Assembly (NCBI GenBank): GCA_963713605.1 | Contig: CAVQMO010000010.1 | Location: 832,001-896,000 of the forward strand | Reading direction: 5' to 3' | Length of the DNA stretch: 64,000 nt | From: an uncultured Nitrososphaerales archaeon | Lineage (GTDB): Archaea > Thermoproteota > Nitrososphaeria > Nitrososphaerales > Nitrososphaeraceae | Made by a program: the position numbers and the translations under genes | Shown here: positions 55,984 to 64,000 of the stretch, piece by piece | Numbering within the stretch: position 1 is the first letter of the stretch | Layout of the letters: the number at the start of each line of letters is the position of its first letter | The notes under the pieces: model-generated | The model's database searches: none | What the model saw: the letters and a program-made list of their open reading frames with translations, nothing else | Told to the model about the DNA's origin: nothing

Positions 55984-56456
55984 GTAGATGATGCTTGTAT
56001 TTGAGGATTTATTTTTAAATATTGACTGTGGACATCTCTATATTCCAGATGAATTACGTTAATTAGCTAGGACCAAATAGTAAATCTAGATCAAAAATAA
56101 GAACAGTCCCTGTCTTTAGAAATTCTGGATGAGCCTACAAATTACGTCAGAAATGGTTCACACACGCTCAAATGTTCCACTACCTCTATCTATCTATATC
56201 TATAACCTGTCTCACATTAAATTAATTCGCTTGGCACAGTCAGGACGATACGTTTTTTGTAATGGCTATCTCTAGCAGCACGGCTACTTCTGAGCCGCAA
56301 CCAGCCACGACGATCTATTCGTCCTATTTTGTGATCGGAGAAATTTCTTAGTTGATATTTAATGGGAGTGAGTCTAGTTAAGTAGGTTCTGGAAGATAGT
56401 AAGTAGAATTTTATGATATGTGATGCTCATGAGTTAAAATTGTATCGCCACTATGT

Positions 56457-56783
56457 TTAGTACCCTATCTCGTATACGTTGGAAACCTCCTTAACAATTA
56501 TCACGCCACGAGGCTCATCCTGCGAACCCATGTTGTTCACAAGATCATCAATAATTTCTTCTGCTAAAGTATCAGGTACGACTGTGACGACCCGAGTCCT
56601 AGCTTCATATTCTGGAGTGACTGTTCTGACACTCCATCCATCTCTCTCACGTATTTCTCTGCGTTTCATACGGCCTGCGCCCTGAACTTCATCGAAGGAC
56701 ATACCGCTGACATTGAAGTTACGAAGAGTATCGGTCACTTTAGAAAGATCCTCCTCGATAATATAGATATTTAATTCTTTCAC
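56457..56783 (-). CDS. P-II family nitrogen regulatory protein (probable GTG start, possibly 3'-truncated)
   Basis: NVSGMSFDEVQGAGR T-loop, VVTVVPD, GVIIVKEVSNVYEIG. Confidence 0.7.
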   Translation of the reverse strand: MKELNIYIIEEDLSKVTDTLRNFNVSGMSFDEVQGAGRMKRREIRERDGWSVRTVTPEYEARTRVVTVVPDTLAEEIIDDLVNNMGSQDEPRGVIIVKEVSNVYEIGY

Positions 56784-57164
56784 AACTCCTAATCGCGGAT
56801 CTTGTAGATAAGTTTTTCTTGACCTTTCAAGGAAACACGATCCACTACTACTCCTATTAGTATTCAAATTTGAAATATTACAATGCCAGTGCAGATTCTA
56901 TAACTCAACGAATCGAATCGTCAGGTAAACCATGTTTGTTTGATTGCAGTGTATCAAATAGCAATCGTTCATAATCAAATAATGGATAACTAACACCTTC
57001 TTTCTGAGGTATGTCTATAGCGTGATTGAATGAATAACTATTTGTATTCTGGAAGTTGTAGAAAAGGTAGACCTTTTAATACTTCAAACTGTTCTGAAGA
57101 TCCTAACATTGCATTAATGAATTATACCCAATAATTGATAACTTGAGATTTAAACTCAATTTCT

Positions 57165-58500
57165 TCACCGCATTTCTTCGCTTACATCTCTTGCTGGCGA
57201 CGTAAGCCATTCAAACATATCCTGTAGGACATAGTCTTCTATTGGCCCACTTTGGGCTATCCATTCGCTTGAAGGAGAAAGTGAATGTCCAAGGTTTGGA
57301 TAGGTAATAATAAGATGGTCAGGATGATTTACTTCTGTTAGTCTCTGCTGAAATAGTAACCCTTGTTCAATCGGAGTTGCAGTATCATTTTCTCCTTGAA
57401 GTATTAGAATACCTTTATCTGATGGTACGTTTCCTATCATGCTCAACGTACTTTCCAAATTAGAATGAGATTTCATCCGTAGGACAGCCTTCCAAACCGC
57501 TATTCCATTCAAAGTATCTGTACTGGACCTCAAGACATTTAGCTGCTAACGCAGAAGCTGTCGGGGATGTAACATTCAAATAAGCAGCTAAAAGCGCTGG
57601 TTCAAGTTTATTTTCAATATTTATGGTATCTTGATTCATCGCTTTGGATGTAGCTTGATGCGTCTCAGCCACCGACTTGTTCTGATAGCCAGCAAGGTTA
57701 TCCTGGTCAAGAAGAAGGTGTGTAAGATTGCCACCTACCAGATTCTGGAGAATAGAATCATTAGATACTTTTTCCAGCGTTAACATTCCACCGTTACTTT
57801 TGTCTAAAACTTTATCGACGTAATCCAGAGGATTAGTAACGATTTGGAAATATAAGAGGTCTTTAAGCTTGTTTGCGACTGCACCCATTAGCCCTATATT
57901 CCTCACTTTATCTGGGTTATCAACAGCAATTCTGGGGGCTATCATAGTGCCTTCACTGTGTCCAATTAGCGTTGTCTTGTTGGTTGCGTTAACTTCAGGC
58001 TGCTGCAATAGTACCTGACAACGCCTTCTCAGCATCTTGTTTCAGATCGTTAAATGTAAGATTTCCCCATACATTGCTATCTGAAATCGTAAGATTGGAA
58101 GTAACACCTCTCTTATCATATCTAAGTACAGACAAATCCTCTTTCTGATAGATGCTCTGCTATTTGGAAAAATGTTTGCTTGTCAGGGTATTTCTTTATA
58201 CCTGTCTTGTTATCAACAAGAATAAGTCCCCCAGTCTCATTCAGATCATTTGTCCCAGAGCCATGAATAAGAAGGATACCAGGAAATGGTCCTTCTCCTA
58301 CAGAAGGAAGAGTTAGTTGAGCATTAGTCTTTAATCCATTACCAAGATCAATTGTTAGATTTCTATGCTTTACTGTCTCTACATAGGATTGAGCGTACAC
58401 ATCGGTAACAGCTGTGTGATGATCTAAAGTAGATCCATTGAGAATTGAAACCGACATAGCAAACAAAAATACTGCAATGATCGTTATTGATGATGAAACG
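57165..58500 (-). pseudogene. Secreted alpha/beta hydrolase paralogue, two frameshifts
   Basis: IDLGNGLKTNAQLTLP, LIGHSEG, QGENDTATP, NLGHS across ORFs 58122-58703, 57460-58035 and 57165-57533. Confidence 0.8.
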
Positions 58501-58614
58501 TCACGATTCTTCCTGTTGTAATCCGGATTGACTGAAGCCAAAGTCTCGAATAACTGGATCTTCGTAATATAGTTAATCCTGTTGTTGGCTGACTTTCTGT
58601 GAAGATACCAAGTT

Positions 58615-58643
58615 TTTTGAACCCACTTTAAAGTGGGCCCAAA
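58615..58643. repeat. Inverted copy of the tRNA-overlapping palindromic site
   Basis: TTTTGAACCCACTTTAAAGTGGGCCCAA is the exact reverse complement of 18640-18667. Confidence 0.9.
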
Positions 58644-58737
58644 AGGATTGAGATGAAAATTCGTGAAATAGCAACTATTCATCAGAACTGTCGTAACTAT
58701 CATACCCTGCGGTCATCTTCACTTGAGCAATCCAATC

Positions 58738-58941
58738 TCACTTCAAGCCGAATTTTGAATGATGCATTTCCACCGTGTATCTATCAGGGGCATCTAACAA
58801 ACAAAACATCGTGCCAGAATATATATCATAAAAGGTATTGAGGACCTTAACGCCTAGTTCATCTCTAGGTTCCTTTTGACTCTTCTTTAGGTCATCTTCA
58901 GTAAACTTGTTCATCGAGTGAAAGTCTAGGATCGCAGGCAT
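58738..58941 (-). CDS. DUF4242/SCO4226-like nickel-binding protein
   Basis: MPAILDFH...GTMFCLLDAPD...EMHH. Confidence 0.65.
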   Translation of the reverse strand: MPAILDFHSMNKFTEDDLKKSQKEPRDELGVKVLNTFYDIYSGTMFCLLDAPDRYTVEMHHSKFGLK

Positions 58942-59325
58942 GTAGTCGAATTCTTGCTTCGCTTGCGAATGCTGAGTGAATCACAATAAGTACCGCAAAC
59001 AAAGTAAATCGATGGCCAGAATAAAACTAGTCTAAATGCAAGTCTTCATGCTCTTTGAACCGCCCCCTCAGAGATTGCTAATTAAGGCCTTTCAGTTCGC
59101 CCAAAGTAGCGGTGCTCTTTGACTCAAGACGAAAGGTTGAATAGGTTAAGGTTATCTATTCCTCCCATGAACTTTTCTCAATGACTGATGTAGAGGGAGC
59201 CGTACGGTCATTGTCGGCACCGACCACTATTATAACTAACTGACTACTCAACGCCCGCGGTGTTTAGATTACTATTGGAAAAACACAAGCAAGTCCTTTG
59301 CTTTAGCAGAGGACTCGCTCCTAAA

Positions 59326-59390
59326 CTCCTATCTCTTTATTCTATGCATACTATTTGCTCCTATCTCTTTATTCTATGCATACTATTTGC
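59326..59390. repeat. 32-bp tandem duplication
   Basis: CTCCTATCTCTTTATTCTATGCATACTATTTG x2. Confidence 0.9.
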
Positions 59391-60098
59391 AACAAGAGTT
59401 TCGACAGCTTCTCTCAGCTCCCTCAAGTAATGGACAATCTTGATGGGCCATTAATAATTTATCAAAGTTAACTTTAGAGAGCCTTTGTGCAGATACAATT
59501 GCTGTGACTGGATCTATAGACACTTGTGGTGCAGATATATACATACCCTCTGCTCCAAATACGTGTTTGTATATACTATCTGCTCCCAGAAGAAGTTTAT
59601 CCTTTTCATAGTAAAGTGTGTCCTGGTGTATGTCCTGGAGTATGAATGACCTTGAGGCTCCCAATCATATCGCCATCAGATACCTGCTCATCGACATTAA
59701 TAGGTTCTACCTCGAAACTTCCATACTCCTTTATTAAGACTCCAAGCTTCTCTAATTTATCAGCAGTTTCATTTGTAGTAGGTGGACCTTGGTATGGTGG
59801 ATTATGGGCCAGGTATTGTGCCTCAATCCAGTGGGAATAAATCTTCGCACCAGATCCCCTCCTTATTTCATTGGCAGCTTGTGAATGATCTACATGTACA
59901 TGAGTTAGGATTATACGTTTTACATTCTTAATATCATATCCTATATCAAGCAGATAACTTTCAAGTATTGGTAATTGTGAAAGAAATGAAGGATCGATTA
60001 GCGTCAGATTATTTTGATCCTCTACCTTTCCCCTTTCCGCGTGGATCGGGGTGAGCTATCCCTTCGATTGAGTACACTTTTGGAGTAATCTCTGTCAT
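59383..60098 (-). pseudogene. Metallo-beta-lactamase-fold hydrolase, frameshifted
   Basis: IILTHVHVDHSQ motif (~59880-59915), HTPGHT, LLLGAD, LLMAHQ. Confidence 0.75.
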
Positions 60099-60740
60099 GT
60101 GATTCCAAGTGAATAGATTTTTAGGCCCATATAATTTTTAATGCTTGCTATACTTTTTACACCTCGATATAGGATTGGATATACATTCCGCCTTGATTAC
60201 ACTCTTTATCTTTATGCGAATATATCTTTCTTATACTTCGTTATGCAAGCAGCCGCCGCAGCACGGGCTCAGAGGTATCAGTACCGATATCGGTGCCAAA
60301 AGTAGGTTTCTATCATACTGAATATAATAAAGAAAGTCTCGGGGGCAAAAAATCAACCTATTGCTTTTTGCAAACAGTAAGCCATGATCAAGGCGGATAA
60401 AATATGGGTTATAGATTCTTTAATAGAGGCGTCTGCCACTAGGAGCAATAGTAAGAATCGTTTGTCCTCTAGTAGAGGAGAATTCAGAAATAGTCAAAAC
60501 GATATCCGAGAGAACTCCTGATATTAGAATTCTAAACTGATAGTAGCGCTAGCTTCCATTCTGGTCTTTTTGTAGTAGATAGAGCAAGCCTTATGAGGTT
60601 TGAGCTCAAAGAACCAAAAGCTGAAGAGTTTTCAGAAGCTATTGGATTTGTAATATTCTCTAATAATAAGGCCAGTGTAGACTCCTCAAAGACTCATAAC
60701 TTTCGTCATCTTCCATCATAGCAAGTATGTCATTTTAGCA

Positions 60741-61262
60741 CTAACTAATGGTAAATACAAATGGTTTTGTAACGTTACCGGGCTGCTTATTCTCTGTTAG
60801 GTAATAAACAGTGGCGGTCGCTGGAGTTTCCCCAGCCTTGACTGCCTGGTATATTGTCCCAGGAACTGGACCGGCCACTGTAATCTCTTCTCCTTGGTTT
60901 AATTCGAACGGGGATGAAGTAGCGGTGCAGCCTTGGAATTGATCCTGTCTTATAACCACATTTCTCATAAAAAATGCAGTTAAAGGTGAATCGCAACGCC
61001 CGGCAGGTAACATTATTGTGTTTGGTGAATTATTAACTACTGTTGCTAATATTTCAAAATTGCTGCCAGCCTTTACATTTGAAGGTGAGGGATGAATATT
61101 AATCAGGTCAACCCCTGAGCCTGTCGCATTCCCAGTCGAATTGGTAGATTGGGAGTACGCATATTGATTCTCTGCTACCTCTGGAAAAGATAGGAATGTA
61201 AAAGTGATGAGTATGCCTATCACAGAGAGCATGATATATTGCTTTGTTTTACAAAACTGCAT
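60741..61262 (-). CDS. Secreted Ig-like protein
   Basis: Signal peptide ending AYS-Q; INIHPSPSNVKAGSNFEILATVVNNS. Confidence 0.7.
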   Translation of the reverse strand: MQFCKTKQYIMLSVIGILITFTFLSFPEVAENQYAYSQSTNSTGNATGSGVDLINIHPSPSNVKAGSNFEILATVVNNSPNTIMLPAGRCDSPLTAFFMRNVVIRQDQFQGCTATSSPFELNQGEEITVAGPVPGTIYQAVKAGETPATATVYYLTENKQPGNVTKPFVFTIS

Positions 61263-61867
61263 ATAGAATATCTCATTTGATGTCCGCGGGAATATTTGTA
61301 CTTATCTGCTATCTCGGTTGTGGAACTGATATAACAGATTTCAACGAAGCAGAGGGGGATAAGGCAACCGGCAATTGTAGAGGGAAAAGGGAATGGAAAG
61401 AACAAATAACAGCATCTCCCATTCTCACTACGTCTTGTATATTCAACGAGAGAGAATACCAATTACTACTTTGACTTCATAAGTGGATGTGAACAAGCCG
61501 GCTGGTCTACACACGACTGTGTGAAAGCGGTAAAAGTTAACTAAATGAACATGTTATTATCTATTCTAATCTCATTTGGAGTTGCCACACTAGGTAGTTT
61601 AAGGCAGCGATGATGAACCCTTACAGATTTAGATAGAATAATAGAGATCTGAACTGGAGTAATAGCTTAACAAATATTATGTGTGTCAACAACGGAAGAT
61701 GATGGCTAGACAGAAGGTGATTATGAGGGACTTGAGTTAGAATAATCATTACGGACTTCCGGGTTGTAATTCAATTTGTGATGCTAAAAACATTCAACTT
61801 GTTTTAGTATGCCGAAAAGTTGAAATCAAAGAAAAATAGTTGATAACCAATCTGGCAGGTATTTGAA

Positions 61868-63207
61868 TTGGAGCGAATTAAGGCCGCAACTATATTCTCA
61901 AGATCCGATCCAGATCGACGACTTTTTGTTCTTATGATAGTTGTGATAGCTGCCATTACAGTAGAATCTCAGATTGGTTATGTTGCTGATTTTATACCTG
62001 AACAACTATCCTCCAATGCTGGAATTTTTGCATTTATATCAATAGCAGTAATATGTATGATAACCCAACATTTCATTCTACAACATGTCAAACAATCAAA
62101 CAAACAGACAAGACAAAGAGTACCACATCTAGACATATTACACACAGGCGTTTCTATTGCCCAATATTTTCTTGCATGCATAATAGCTGTTGTTATATTA
62201 CAAATACTATTTACACAGCAATACAACATTATTACTCTCTATATCACTTATGCCATCAGCTATGGGCTATGGATAGCAACTTTGGCTCTTTTGGCCAAAG
62301 CTTTTTTCTCTTGGTATGTACAGTTCGAATAAGAATCTTATCGTGTTAATACTTGCTTTATCAATGATTGCATATGTAATAAATGGATTAGCCGGTTTAA
62401 TTGAATATTCCGATACGCTGGGGCAACAAAAGAAAATAATATTATCAACTGACGTAGCCTACTTTCCAGAATTTAGCAGCGAGTCAATCGTCAGTCAGAT
62501 TGGTGTGATCAATCATATAGCAGGTACAGCCGCCTATATTCTTACCTGGATTGGGACTGTCAAGATGTTATATCCGTACATCAAAAGGTTGGGTAAGATC
62601 AAGTTCTGGATTATTATGGGTGTACGCTATGATTTACTATCTTATTGAATATCCACTTTTTGTCTTGGGTTATTTTACTCCATCAGAGAACGTAGATGCA
62701 ATGACGAATATACTTATATTTTCAGTGGCTGCACTTCTGTCGGGAATCATATTCGGAGCGGCTTTCTTATCGGTAGCCAGAACATTGCGAAAAGGCAGTG
62801 ATCTCAAAAATCACATGATAGTTGCGGCGTATGGTTTTCTTCTCTTCTATATTGCTGGATCCGCTCTGGCCGCACAGGCTGCATATCCACCGTATGGAAT
62901 GGTTTCCATCTCTTTTATTGGATTATCTTGCTATTTAATATATACTGGTCTATACTCTTCAGCAGTAACTGTTTCCCAAGATACCACATTGCGTCTGTCC
63001 ATTAAAAAATCAATTAATGAACAGGCAAATTTATTGCATGGTATGGGGTCGGCTCATATGGAACAAGAGATACAATCCACCGTATTGAAGATTGCAAAAA
63101 AACACTCAGAAGTGTTAACAGAAAAGACTGGAGTTGAATCTTCAATGACAGAGACTGACATTAAAGAATACATGGCAATGGTACTAAGTGAGATTCACAA
63201 GTCTTAA
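61868..63207 (+). CDS. Polytopic membrane protein (two frameshifts)
   Basis: Contiguous hydrophobic ORFs; AAYPPYG, GLYSSAVTVSQD..LR, MGSAHMEQEI, DIKEY. Confidence 0.7.
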
Positions 63208-63771
63208 TAATCTTATGGCTCTCATTGGAGAGCCTGATCGAGCACAATCTTAGCCTCATTTTATATACTACTTTTGGTTAGTCGTTCGGACATAAAAATT
63301 ACAAAGCGTGATCGAGCGGAACATATTATCATTACTTAATGCATCAACTACCTGGGCAATAAATACAATCAGAAAAATAATGAAAAACACTCTACCATTG
63401 AATTTTGGTTCGTGGAATATGGCATTAACTTTCAAGACAAACTTCTACTGATTTCATGTCACTGCAAGGTATTATTATTTTTTAATATAGTTTAATCTAC
63501 TGGCTCACGATCTTATATTCGTCCATTTCTACGATCTTGACCATATTTTAGCTTACGGGTCTTGAATATTTCAGCTTTTATCAATTACAGATGTATCAGA
63601 CTAAAACAGTCTACATCAGATATTCTACTCTAATATGAATTTCATAGCCATGCGAGTATAAGACGGTACATAATAACAGTTGAGTAACAGTAGGTAACAA
63701 TAACCGTTACAACGGTAACAGATAATAACAGATCGAAAAAGCTTTGTAGCGCTGATTGCCAATAATATATA

Positions 63772-64000
63772 TTGCAAGCTGTATTAAACAAACAAGAGAG
63801 ATAGAGGTTAGTAGTTAGACTTCATAAAGAAGGTAAGACAATACGTGAAATCGCACATGCTGCCTCATCTTTCATTTGCTGACATTGGGAAGATCATCCG
63901 GATGATAAACGGACTACAAGTTGAGGCTGTTGACTTAAAAGATAAATCAATCGAAACACGTGCCATTTTCCTCTTTTCGATTGGTAAGACTCCGCTTGCA
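63772..64000 (+). pseudogene. HTH mobile-element protein remnant, paralogue of 26044-26922 (runs off the window)
   Basis: LHKEGKTIREIAHAA...SFADIGKIIR...ETRAIFLFSIGKTP, with an early stop. Confidence 0.65.

Noticed and set aside
58500..58703. N-terminal extension of ORF 58122-58703
   Set aside because: Reads through the palindromic site; the signal-peptide region starts further downstream.

Overview
Archaeal DNA, most consistent with a soil ammonia-oxidising Nitrososphaerales genome. This is inferred from the nuoABCDHIJKMLN operon without nuoEFG, TFB, RadA, archaeal tRNAs and many Nitrososphaera-type secreted proteins. Bases 1-17 kb are core genome: tRNA-Leu, peroxiredoxin, redoxin, geranylgeranyl reductase, complex I, polyprenyl synthase, an intron-containing tRNA-Glu and a PqqC/CADD-like gene. 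From tRNA-Ile2(CAU) at 18575 onward the window is a decayed accessory island. It appears to be built from at least four tandem integrated elements, each starting with an att-like site followed by a tyrosine integrase or a remnant of one. The island also carries a recurrent dif-like palindrome and five co-oriented 3' ends of a terminase-like nuclease gene. The most notable feature is a translationally coupled operon at 43.8-47.6 kb (minus strand). It encodes an intact RadA, a ~600-aa protein fusing RPA-type OB/Zn-finger domains to what looks like the N-L1-PAZ lobe of Argonaute/PIWI (no MID-PIWI), and a catalytically dead RadA paralogue. Many single-base frameshifts hit even essential nuo genes, so they are probably long-read errors and pseudogene calls are uncertain. 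All protein calls are by-eye motif recognition; no database searches were run.
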